A stretch of 24,934 nucleotides of DNA from Rhodanobacteraceae bacterium. GTDB lineage: Bacteria; Pseudomonadota; Gammaproteobacteria; Xanthomonadales; SZUA-5. The stretch spans positions 1 to 24,934 of the forward strand of contig JAYTAO010000283.1 in NCBI GenBank assembly GCA_043737435.1, read 5' to 3'. How positions within the stretch are numbered: the first letter of the stretch is position 1; each line of letters starts with the position of its first letter. A model generated the notes under the pieces. That model was not told where the DNA came from, ran no database searches, and saw nothing but the letters and a program-made list of their open reading frames with translations. The position numbers and the translations under genes were made by a program. This document shows positions 16,284 to 24,724 of this stretch, piece after piece.

Positions 16284-18128
16284 ATGAGTTATCAAGTACT
16301 TGCACGTAAGTGGCGGCCGCGAAGTTTTGCTGAACTCATGGGACAAGAGCATGTTGTACGCGCGCTGACAGGCGGTTTGAGCCAGGGGCGTTTGCACCAT
16401 GCCTTTTTGTTTACCGGTACCCGCGGTGTGGGCAAAACAACAATCGCACGGATTATTGCGAAAGCGCTGAACTGTGAGATCGGTGTAACCGCAGTTCCCT
16501 GTGGTGTTTGTAACAGCTGCCGAGATATTGATGTCGGACGATTCCCGGATCTTATTGAAATTGATGCTGCGTCCCGAACCAAAGTTGACGATACACGTGA
16601 AATTTTGGATAACGTGATGTATGCGCCTTCCCGCGGGCGCTTTAAGGTCTATCTGATTGACGAAGTGCATATGCTTTCTACGCACAGCTTTAACGCTTTG
16701 TTAAAAACTTTGGAGGAGCCTCCCGAACACGTTAAGTTTTTACTAGCCACGACAGACCCGCAAAAATTGCCGGTAACTGTACTTTCCCGATGCCTAAAAT
16801 TTCATTTGAAGCGTCTGACGGTTCCCCAAATTACGCAACAAATGCGCCACATCCTAAACGCGGAAGAGATTGACTTTGATGAAGAGGCAATTGATGAGCT
16901 AGCGCGGGGCGCGGATGGGTCAATGCGCGATGGCTTGAGCCTGCTCGATCAAGCCTTGGCATTTGGTGCCGGAAAAGTAGAAACGATACCGACTCGTGAA
17001 ATGTTGGGAACTATCTCAAAAGAAGGCGTGTTAGACCTTTTGGAGGCCCTTAGTCTTAATAGTGCGGAACAACTTTCCGAAAAGCTCGCGAATTTAGCCG
17101 ATTTTGGTGGAAGTTACGTGCAAGTAATCGCTCGTTTGATGGAGCACTTGCATCAGTTAGCGTTTTTACAATTGGTTGGCTCGCATTCTAAGCAGCTGCT
17201 GGATGTGCCGCCACGCTTGGCCGCGATGGTTTCGCGCTTTAGCCCTGAAGATTTGCAAATTAAATTCCAGTTTGCAAATTTAGGCGCGAAAGAGATTGCT
17301 GGTGCGCCTGATGCAAAAATCGCATTTGAAATGTGCTTGCTGCGTATGCTGGCGTTTGCCGAAGTTGACGCCGGCGGGAATGGGCCTCCCGATGAGCGAC
17401 ACCATAGGATTGAGTCAGATTCGACAAAACAAGCGTCAGCCAGCGTGGCAGCCGCGCCGCCGGGAAAAACTGATGGCGACGGCACAGCGCGTGCCGTCGC
17501 CTCCCGTACTGATATCAAAGTCAGCCATTCTAGCGTTGTAGTCCTGCTAAACCCGGCGCAGTCAAACCGATCAGATTTGGAAATACATCATTCGTCGAAC
17601 AACGATTTCAAGCCAGTTGCGGAAAACCAGATAGCACAATTATTAGACCCTGCAGGTGCTGTGTCCGCGCCGTCTGAATTACTGGGCGTGCCAGAAGCGC
17701 AATCCGAATCCGAATCCGTGCCCGTGACTCTGTCCGCGCGCTGGCAGCGCTTGGTGGCCACTTTGCCACTTCCCCCAGGCGCGCTGCGCGAGTTTGCACA
17801 CAATTCGCTAGCGCGAAGCTGGCAACATGGCGCCTTAACTTTGACTGTCGACGCAGCACATAGCAGCTTGGCAAGTGCCGGGAATGTCCAACTACTTGCG
17901 CAATTTATTGAGCAAAGCTTAGGCCACACGTTAGCGATTCAAATCGTCGTCGCGGACGCTGATTTGTCGGCTAGCCCGGCCCACGTCAATGCACGTGAAT
18001 TCGCTTCCCGCGCGCACGTATTTGAAAACTCTATTACTGAGCGCCCGCTGGTGCGTGATCTAATCCACCAGCTCAGTGCGGCTGTAGTGCCTGGGTCTAT
18101 TTACTTCTCGGGATCAAGGGCGGCTTAA
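16284..18128 (+). CDS. dnaX: DNA polymerase III subunit tau (and probably gamma), 614 aa
   Basis: MSYQVLARKWRP, Walker A GTRGVGKT, Zn module CEIGVTAVPCGVCNSC, Walker B IDEVH, SRC and GSMRD motifs. Domain III ends near residue 358 (LLRMLAF), followed by a low-complexity linker and a C-terminal tau-like domain (WQRLV...LREFAHNS). Confidence 0.97.
   Translation: MSYQVLARKWRPRSFAELMGQEHVVRALTGGLSQGRLHHAFLFTGTRGVGKTTIARIIAKALNCEIGVTAVPCGVCNSCRDIDVGRFPDLIEIDAASRTKVDDTREILDNVMYAPSRGRFKVYLIDEVHMLSTHSFNALLKTLEEPPEHVKFLLATTDPQKLPVTVLSRCLKFHLKRLTVPQITQQMRHILNAEEIDFDEEAIDELARGADGSMRDGLSLLDQALAFGAGKVETIPTREMLGTISKEGVLDLLEALSLNSAEQLSEKLANLADFGGSYVQVIARLMEHLHQLAFLQLVGSHSKQLLDVPPRLAAMVSRFSPEDLQIKFQFANLGAKEIAGAPDAKIAFEMCLLRMLAFAEVDAGGNGPPDERHHRIESDSTKQASASVAAAPPGKTDGDGTARAVASRTDIKVSHSSVVVLLNPAQSNRSDLEIHHSSNNDFKPVAENQIAQLLDPAGAVSAPSELLGVPEAQSESESVPVTLSARWQRLVATLPLPPGALREFAHNSLARSWQHGALTLTVDAAHSSLASAGNVQLLAQFIEQSLGHTLAIQIVVADADLSASPAHVNAREFASRAHVFENSITERPLVRDLIHQLSAAVVPGSIYFSGSRAA
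17462..17501 (+). other. Candidate programmed -1 ribosomal frameshift cassette in dnaX
   Basis: In-frame heptamer G_GGA_AAA (17462-17468), 6-nt spacer ACTGAT, perfect 11-bp stem GGCGACGGCAC (17475-17485) / loop AGCGC / GTGCCGTCGCC (17491-17501). The -1 frame reads GGG AAA AAC TGA (stop 17471-17473). Confidence 0.75.
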
Positions 18129-18178
18129 GTAGTTAGATACCAAACGATTCTGCTTCAATTGCAAATATCACTGCGCCG

Positions 18179-20734
18179 CTATTCTTCGAAGCCGTCACCG
18201 AACAAATTTTCTCCAAGCAATTCGAAAACTGCGCCTTCTTGCGGATTTAGCGTAAATACGCCCGGCGCGCCAAACAGCGCTAGGCCAGAAGGTGACGCAG
18301 CCACGAACCGGCCGGTTGTGGCGCGCGCGATTGGAGGGGCTGGCAAAATAGTCGCTACTTTAAAGTGTGGCGCAATAAACCCCGCACCGATATCGGGTAA
18401 GCCGCTGGCATCTACACCAATGGCACCAATGACCACTCCATCAGGATATGCCGCAAGGGAAGTAGAAAACTGAGTGCCAGCGGCGGTAATTGGGCTCGAA
18501 ATGCTTCGCACGAGCGTCCAGTCGCCAAATACACCACCCGGCACAGGTGGGCGAAATTCTAACGCACGACCAACAGCAGGTGCTCCAAACTCTGTGGTGA
18601 AAGGTGAGCCGACATAGGCGCGGCTTGGATTTTTACCTAGGGCGATGGCAAAACCAAAGCCATCATCAGCAGCGCCATTTGGATCTTTTAGGCTTTGACT
18701 GTAACTCCAATCATTGCCGCCCGGCCCGGCAGTGAATAAAAAAGCTCGGCCTCCAGCATCACTGTCCTTACGAACAGCACCGGGAGCACCGATAAGTGCA
18801 GTGTCGCCCGAAAGATCCACAAAGGCAGCGAAGGTATCGAACGCAGCACTTTCCGGAGGCCGCAGCATAGGCCCGCCTTGAAATACTCCGTTGCGATCAC
18901 GCCTGAAGAACACTACGCCGCCTTGTTCACTAAAAAATTCACTGTCACCGCGTGCGCCGACAGCAATCCTTTCCCCATCAATGGCAACAGCAAAGCCAAA
19001 AAATGCACGATATCGCGGCTGTGGCGACACGAGTTTTTGTAGGAACTGCCAAGATACATCGCCTCTACTACGTTCGACGCGTTTGAATACATAAGCAGAA
19101 CCAGCGTCCACAGCGCCTTCGACAACGTCCCAGTAGGAACCCACCACAGCAAGGTCACCATCAATGTCTACTGAGACACCAAAGCGCTGTTCTTCTTCAA
19201 CGTCGGGCGGCGTAAGTGTTGCCTCAAGCTGCCAGCCAGCCCGGTTGCGACGATAAATATAAGCTTCACCGGTTTCAACTCCGCTCGCGCTGTCAACTAA
19301 AAAAGCACCCACAATGGCATGGTCGCCTTTCGCGCTGTGGAGTTCACTCGGTTTTTGTGACATCGCAAGTGCTGAGCCAAAACGATCAAACGCAGCCCCT
19401 CGTCCACTATCAACGCTCGTAATTAGCTCACCAATTGAGCTGAATCGATAGGCGCGCCCTTGAGTGGGATGCCCTGCCGCTTCGCTATAAGGCGCACCCA
19501 CATAAATTCCACTCGGGGCTATTGCAACACTGTAACCAAAAGCGTCCGCGCGAGGCGTATTGCCTATTGCAGGTGGCCGCAATGTAGTGTTGAGTTGCCA
19601 ACGACCCGCGGCGGCTGAGCTATAAAGATGCACAGCACCTTCGCCGTCCGTTCTGTTTAGGCGTGCAGCCGGTGCTGATACGCTAACGGTGTTTGCGAAA
19701 GCGGTAATAATTTCACCAAATTGTTCCACTGGCCCGCCCGAACTCGGGGCATCAAGCGTTTGTACACTCGCCCCGGTTGAAACGTCGAACACCATGACTT
19801 GACCAACCGCACCGTTTAAATCAGGTGTGCCTACCCAAAGCTGGGTACCTTGATAAGCCAAGCCTCGGCCAAAACTCGGTTGTCCGGCTAGGCGCCCAAT
19901 TTCAAATGCGGGCGTGCTCAAGGCATAGCGCACGACCGTGCCGCTCGCACCCACCGGCGCACCAATCGCAAGTTCACTTGCGGTATTGGTACCGCTGACA
20001 GCCACGCTAATGCCAAAGTTGCTCTCGGAGGATAGTCCGAGCCCCTGCAAGCGTTGAGGCATGCTCAAACTCAAGCCGGTGCGTCGATATAAGTATGCGG
20101 CCGATTCGCCAGGCGCGCCCACCACTAAAAAATCCTGATTAAGTGCTGTGCTTATTCCAAAACGCGCGCCACCGACAGCGCGTGCGCCTGGGACTTCGCC
20201 ATTGAACTGCCAAGCTTCGCCGACCCGCAAATAGCGAAACACGGTTCCGGCATCGGAATCAAAATTAATTTTGCCCACGCCCGGCGCACCAATAAAAAGT
20301 TCAGTGGCATCGCAACTTATGCTTATGCCAAATAGCGCACTTTGCTCTACGCCCGGTAACGATATTTTGCCTAACGGTCGCAGATCTTTCCCAATCACTT
20401 GATACCGATAGACGCTGCCAGCGGATTGACCATTGGCGCTGTTGGGAATTGGCGTCTGATCGCCGGTAGCGGCAACTAATAGCTCGCCATTACACAGTGC
20501 AACACGTGCACCGTAACTATCGCCTACCGCACCTTCGCCGGTAGTAGGCGGGCGTATATCTCGCGCACCTAAATTTGGAAAAGTCGCCGCAGCGGCAAGC
20601 GTGCTTAAAACTAACAACGCGCAAACTACAGCTAATTTCAGAATATTAGCGGCCTTGGGTAAAACAAACCCGCGCTTTTGCTGGCAAGCAAAAAAGCGAG
20701 CGTGTGTATAAAAGTCGGAAAGTGATAGCCTCAT
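18179..20734 (-). CDS. Secreted FG-GAP (integrin-alpha-like) repeat protein, 14 repeats, probably two 7-bladed beta-propellers; ~851 aa
   Basis: Recurrent FGxSVA...xxVGAP...G.VY.F units and a signal peptide LKLAVVCALLVLSTLAAA|ATF. The start is moved to ATG 20734 because the longer ORF (20842) overlaps the kynU start. C-terminus is GENLFGDGFEE. Confidence 0.88.
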   Translation of the reverse strand: MRLSLSDFYTHARFFACQQKRGFVLPKAANILKLAVVCALLVLSTLAAAATFPNLGARDIRPPTTGEGAVGDSYGARVALCNGELLVAATGDQTPIPNSANGQSAGSVYRYQVIGKDLRPLGKISLPGVEQSALFGISISCDATELFIGAPGVGKINFDSDAGTVFRYLRVGEAWQFNGEVPGARAVGGARFGISTALNQDFLVVGAPGESAAYLYRRTGLSLSMPQRLQGLGLSSESNFGISVAVSGTNTASELAIGAPVGASGTVVRYALSTPAFEIGRLAGQPSFGRGLAYQGTQLWVGTPDLNGAVGQVMVFDVSTGASVQTLDAPSSGGPVEQFGEIITAFANTVSVSAPAARLNRTDGEGAVHLYSSAAAGRWQLNTTLRPPAIGNTPRADAFGYSVAIAPSGIYVGAPYSEAAGHPTQGRAYRFSSIGELITSVDSGRGAAFDRFGSALAMSQKPSELHSAKGDHAIVGAFLVDSASGVETGEAYIYRRNRAGWQLEATLTPPDVEEEQRFGVSVDIDGDLAVVGSYWDVVEGAVDAGSAYVFKRVERSRGDVSWQFLQKLVSPQPRYRAFFGFAVAIDGERIAVGARGDSEFFSEQGGVVFFRRDRNGVFQGGPMLRPPESAAFDTFAAFVDLSGDTALIGAPGAVRKDSDAGGRAFLFTAGPGGNDWSYSQSLKDPNGAADDGFGFAIALGKNPSRAYVGSPFTTEFGAPAVGRALEFRPPVPGGVFGDWTLVRSISSPITAAGTQFSTSLAAYPDGVVIGAIGVDASGLPDIGAGFIAPHFKVATILPAPPIARATTGRFVAASPSGLALFGAPGVFTLNPQEGAVFELLGENLFGDGFEE

Positions 20735-20768
20735 GGCATAAGTTTGATAGATGTTGGGTGATATAACC

Positions 20769-22049
20769 ATGAGTACTGCCGTCAATTCCGGGGCCTTGTT
20801 AAGCTCGGGCTCTGGCACCAATGCGTTGGAGTGTTTGCGCACCGAATTCGCGATTCCTGAGGTGTATGGCCATCCGGTACATTATTTTTGCGGTAATTCT
20901 TTGGGTTTGATGCCGAAAGCTGCGAAAGCGATGGTCGTAGAAGCTCTAGATAGTTGGGCAGCTGAGGGTGTGGAGGGTCACTTTAAAGGGGCGGCGCCTT
21001 GGATGCGCTATCACGAATTGGTGCGCGACGATTTGGCAACGCTGGTCGGTGCAAAGCCTATTGAAGTTGTCGCGATGAATTCCTTGACGGTAAATTTACA
21101 TTTGCTGATGACCAGTTTCTTCAGACCGAACGCCGCGCGCAACGTCATTTTAATGGAGGCCCGTGCTTTTCCGTCGGATCGGCACGCGGTGGAATCGCAG
21201 CTCAAGCTGCATGGTTTGGACGTGAATACCTGCTTGGTCGAGCTGATCCCCGAAGCTGGCTCCGATCTTTTGCAGGAAAGCACCATTGACTCAGCGATTG
21301 CGGCGCTCGGGGAACGCCTAGCTTTGGTGCTCATGCCAGGCGTGCAATATGCCACCGGGCAGGCGTTTGATTTGACGCGTATTAGTAAAGCTGCGCATGC
21401 AGTCGGTGCCATGGCCGGCTTTGATTTGGCGCACGCGGTGGGTAATTTGGTCGTCAATTTGCATGATTCTGACGCGGATTTTGCGGTTTGGTGCAGCTAC
21501 AAATATCTCAACGGTGGCCCAGGTGCGGTCGCCGGTGCATTCGTGCATGAGCGCCATGCCAACAGTGATCGGATCCGTCTAGCCGGTTGGTGGGGGCATC
21601 GTGCAGATACGCGCTTTCAAATGCGGCCAAATTTTGAGCCCACGCCCGGAGCTGATGGCTGGCAACTGTCTAATCCGCCAATTTTTTCCCTTGCGCCGCT
21701 GCGCGCTTCTTTAGCGCAATTTACTCGGGTCGGCATTACAAATTTGCGCCAGCGTTCGATCCTATTGACCTCCGCACTCAGTGCCAAAATTACTGAGGAA
21801 TTAAGCGATTTTGTCCAAATCATTACGCCGCTAGACCCAGCACAGCGGGGCTGTCAGTTAAGTTTGCGGGTGCTGCGTGGGCAACAGGCCGGGCGCGCGT
21901 GTTTTCAGGCTTTGGCGGCAGCCCACATCGTCGCCGATTGGCGCGAGCCCGACGTGATCCGCGTAGCACCGGCACCGTTGTACAACACACTGGAGGACAT
22001 CTATGCCTTGGTTGCAGCGATGCGTCTCCACTTTGTTGGATGCGCCTAG
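20769..22049 (+). CDS. kynU: Kynureninase (PLP-dependent)
   Basis: YFCGNSLGLMP, EVVAMNSLTVNLHLLMTSFFRP, AFPSD, GFDLAHAVGN, WCSYKYLNGGPG (PLP lysine), GWWGH, RGCQLS and DWREPDVIRVAPAPLYN. ATG 20769 has GGTGA upstream; the ORF could also start at 20751. Confidence 0.96.
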   Translation: MSTAVNSGALLSSGSGTNALECLRTEFAIPEVYGHPVHYFCGNSLGLMPKAAKAMVVEALDSWAAEGVEGHFKGAAPWMRYHELVRDDLATLVGAKPIEVVAMNSLTVNLHLLMTSFFRPNAARNVILMEARAFPSDRHAVESQLKLHGLDVNTCLVELIPEAGSDLLQESTIDSAIAALGERLALVLMPGVQYATGQAFDLTRISKAAHAVGAMAGFDLAHAVGNLVVNLHDSDADFAVWCSYKYLNGGPGAVAGAFVHERHANSDRIRLAGWWGHRADTRFQMRPNFEPTPGADGWQLSNPPIFSLAPLRASLAQFTRVGITNLRQRSILLTSALSAKITEELSDFVQIITPLDPAQRGCQLSLRVLRGQQAGRACFQALAAAHIVADWREPDVIRVAPAPLYNTLEDIYALVAAMRLHFVGCA

Positions 22050-22052
22050 ATC

Positions 22053-23468
22053 ATGACTTCGAAACTAAACAATAGCGAATTCCGCCCGGTTTGGATCGTT
22101 GGTGCTGGGCTGGCAGGGGCGTTACTTGCGACACTACTCGCCAAGCGTGGGTATAAAGTGGCGATCTCAGAAAAGCGCTCCTCGGTTGAGCTTGAGCAGT
22201 TAGCGGCCGGGCGCTCAATCAATTTAGCGCTCGCCGAGCGCGGCCGTTATGCACTTGAGTGCGCTGGATTTATGCGCGGCGATTCCGGTCAGCGCATCGT
22301 GGATGCAGTAATGGCACAGGCCATTGCCATGCCCGGACGGCAAGTGCATTTAAGCGATGGCAGTGAGAATTTTCAAGCCTATTCCGCTCGTGGCAACAAA
22401 GCTATTTGGTCGGTACACCGGGCGCGCTTAAATCGCACGCTGTTGGAAGCGGCAAAAGCTGCGGGTGTGCAAAGTTACTTTGACGAGCGGTTGGTCAGCG
22501 TTGATTTAGTTGCAAAAACTGCTGTGGTCGAGCGTCCCGATGGTCAAGTCAACATCGGTTTTGAGCTGATTTTAGGCGCGGATGGCGCCGGTTCAGTGCT
22601 GCGCGAAGCCATCGCAACGCTGCACCCGCACGCGAAACCGCCATGCGTCGAATTTTTAGACCACGGCTACAAAGAAATTGCGATTCCGGCGAATCCCGAT
22701 GGCGAATTTGCCTTGCTGCCTGGTGCGCTGCATATTTGGCCGCGCGAACGTTTCATGGTGATTGCGCTACCAAATCCGGATAAAACCTTTACTGCGACGT
22801 TGTTTTTGCAAAATGAAGGTGCGACAAGTTTCGCAGCACTTACTTCAACCGCCGCGGTTGAAGCTTTTTGCGCCAAATATTTTCATGAGCTGATTGCCTT
22901 AGTGCCAAATCTTACCGAGCAAATTCTGCAGCATCCGAAAGGGCTTTTGGGCACGCTTCATTGTTCAACTTGGCAGCATCTTGAGAGCGCGGTGTTGTTA
23001 GGTGACGCTGCGCACGCAATCGTGCCCTTTCACGGGCAGGGTATGAATTGTGCGTTTGAAGACTGCGTTGCTTTGGCGAATCTTTTGGCTGTAGCGAAGC
23101 TTGAAACGCGTGCGGGCGCGTTGCGGCAATTTGCAATCACACGCCAACCGCAAGCAAAGGCTATTGCTGAAATGGCGCTTGAAAATTACATTGAAATGCG
23201 TGATCACGTAGCGGACGATGATTTTCGTTTGCGAAAGGCGTTGGAACAAAAACTTAGTAACGCGCACCCTGGGCATTTTGTGTCCCGCTATGAGTTGGTC
23301 AGTTTCAGCCGCCACGACTATGCGTTGGCACAAACGCGTGGGCTCTGGCAATCGCAACTGCTACACGAATTTTGTGATGGTAAAGTCAGCCTAGATGAGG
23401 TCGATTTTGCCGCTGCTAGCGCCAGAGTAAGCGCAGAATTGCCGCCGCTACCGGAATTATTGCCATGA
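22053..23468 (+). CDS. kmo: Kynurenine 3-monooxygenase (FAD-dependent), 471 aa
   Basis: GAGLAG FAD motif, GRSINLALAERG, GADGAGS, HGYKE, LHIWPR..FMVIALPNPDKTFT, LLGDAAHAIVPFHGQGMNCAFED and ALENYIEMRD. It lies 3 nt after the kynU stop. Confidence 0.95.
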   Translation: MTSKLNNSEFRPVWIVGAGLAGALLATLLAKRGYKVAISEKRSSVELEQLAAGRSINLALAERGRYALECAGFMRGDSGQRIVDAVMAQAIAMPGRQVHLSDGSENFQAYSARGNKAIWSVHRARLNRTLLEAAKAAGVQSYFDERLVSVDLVAKTAVVERPDGQVNIGFELILGADGAGSVLREAIATLHPHAKPPCVEFLDHGYKEIAIPANPDGEFALLPGALHIWPRERFMVIALPNPDKTFTATLFLQNEGATSFAALTSTAAVEAFCAKYFHELIALVPNLTEQILQHPKGLLGTLHCSTWQHLESAVLLGDAAHAIVPFHGQGMNCAFEDCVALANLLAVAKLETRAGALRQFAITRQPQAKAIAEMALENYIEMRDHVADDDFRLRKALEQKLSNAHPGHFVSRYELVSFSRHDYALAQTRGLWQSQLLHEFCDGKVSLDEVDFAAASARVSAELPPLPELLP

Positions 23469-24724
23469 CGATTAGCCCTGAACTTTTACGTTATGCCGCC
23501 CTAGATGCCGAGCTTGTAGCTTTGGTGAAGGACGTCAAAATGTTGTCGGTATTATCCTGGCCAGTGCAGACACAGACCATATTTTTAGATAACTGGCGTA
23601 AGAATAAAATAAAACTACCTGAAGTTAATTATCGTAAATTTGATTATTCAGAAAAGCGCTATGCACTTGAACAATTAATCGTAAAATGCGACGTAGAGCA
23701 TCCTATTGGCGATTATTTAACGCGTACCGCGCAAAGTTATTTATATGCAACACGTTTACTTGAATCAGCTGGCACAGAGGCGATGGGAGCTTATTCGGTG
23801 CAGCTCTACGGAAAACCGGGTGACACCATCGCCGGTAGTCAAGTTAAAAATACCGAAGCGGCGCGGCATTTTATTTTATCGGCACGTGAAATAATGCAAG
23901 ACGGACGCTTGGCGGAGCCGGACTATTGCTTAAGCGCCGAAACGATGCAGCAAGAGATGCAGGTCGAGTTAGATAAGTTTTTCGTAAATCACAAAGTGAG
24001 CGTAACCGTTGACCCTGATTTGGTAGCTAAAGCTGCGGCGGGGCCGACAAAAATTCGGTTGCGCGCGGCGACTAGTTTTACTGAATATGATCGTATGCAG
24101 CTGTTAGAGCACGAGGCTTTCGTGCACTCTTTGACGGCACTCAATGGTCGCGAACAACCGTATCTAAAATCCTTAGGCTTAAACTCGCCGCGCATTACCG
24201 CGACTCAAGAGGGTCTAGCCGTGTTTGCCGAATTGGTGACGGGTTCAATCGATTTAGGAAGAATGAACCGCATCTCACAGCGTATTATCGGCATTGATAT
24301 GGCCATGAAGGGCGCTGATTTTATTGATGTATTTAGATTTTTTATGGACGAGGGGCAAAGTGACTCGGAAGCTTTTACTTCAGCCATGCGGGTTTTTAGG
24401 GGCGCGCCGCTGACCGGTGGCGTTGCATTTACCAAAGATACGGTCTATCTACACGGTTTGTTAAGTGTGCATACTTTTTTCCGTTGGGTATTTAAGCAAA
24501 ACAAATTAGTCATGTCGCGGCATTTATTTGCCGGCAAAATGACCTTGCACGATGTTTTATCTTTTGAACCATTTTATGAAAGTGGTTTTATAAGCGAACC
24601 CCAATATTTGCCGCGTTGGGCACAGCGCACCAATGCGCTGGCCGGATACCTATCGTTCAGCCTGTTTGCCAATAAAATTCGTCTGGATCAAATTGAGCGA
24701 GAGGATTTAAGACTGGGCGTTTAA
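23465..24724 (+). CDS. QEGLA-motif / DUF1704 (MATCAP-like) putative zinc metallopeptidase, 419 aa
   Basis: HEAFVH (HExxxH, H216-H221), TQEGLAVFAE (E249), RVFRG and FTKDTVYLHG. ATGA start/stop overlap with kmo. Confidence 0.88.
   Translation: MTISPELLRYAALDAELVALVKDVKMLSVLSWPVQTQTIFLDNWRKNKIKLPEVNYRKFDYSEKRYALEQLIVKCDVEHPIGDYLTRTAQSYLYATRLLESAGTEAMGAYSVQLYGKPGDTIAGSQVKNTEAARHFILSAREIMQDGRLAEPDYCLSAETMQQEMQVELDKFFVNHKVSVTVDPDLVAKAAAGPTKIRLRAATSFTEYDRMQLLEHEAFVHSLTALNGREQPYLKSLGLNSPRITATQEGLAVFAELVTGSIDLGRMNRISQRIIGIDMAMKGADFIDVFRFFMDEGQSDSEAFTSAMRVFRGAPLTGGVAFTKDTVYLHGLLSVHTFFRWVFKQNKLVMSRHLFAGKMTLHDVLSFEPFYESGFISEPQYLPRWAQRTNALAGYLSFSLFANKIRLDQIEREDLRLGV

Noticed and set aside
16254-16685. 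143-aa antisense ORF over the dnaX 5' end (and the many other antisense ORFs over pilJ, chpA, chpB, kynU and kmo)
   Set aside because: These are typical reverse-frame shadows of conserved genes, with no independent motifs or RBS evidence.
17669-17678. One exact Neisseria-type DNA uptake sequence GCCGTCTGAA
   Set aside because: I noticed only one copy, inside a coding region. Genuine DUS systems show many copies per 25 kb.
17701-17718. (AATCCG)3 microsatellite in the dnaX linker encoding SESES
   Set aside because: It is short and in-frame within a low-complexity linker, so there is no evidence of a switch function.
20735-20842. N-terminal 36-aa extension of the FG-GAP ORF in the ORF track
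   Set aside because: It overlaps the kynU start head-to-head and would push the signal peptide too far from the N-terminus.
31-24724. Functional link between gshB and the QEGLA gene (QEGLA genes often neighbour glutathione-synthetase-like genes)
   Set aside because: They are about 22 kb apart in unrelated operons, and gshB here is explained by its conserved position next to pilG.
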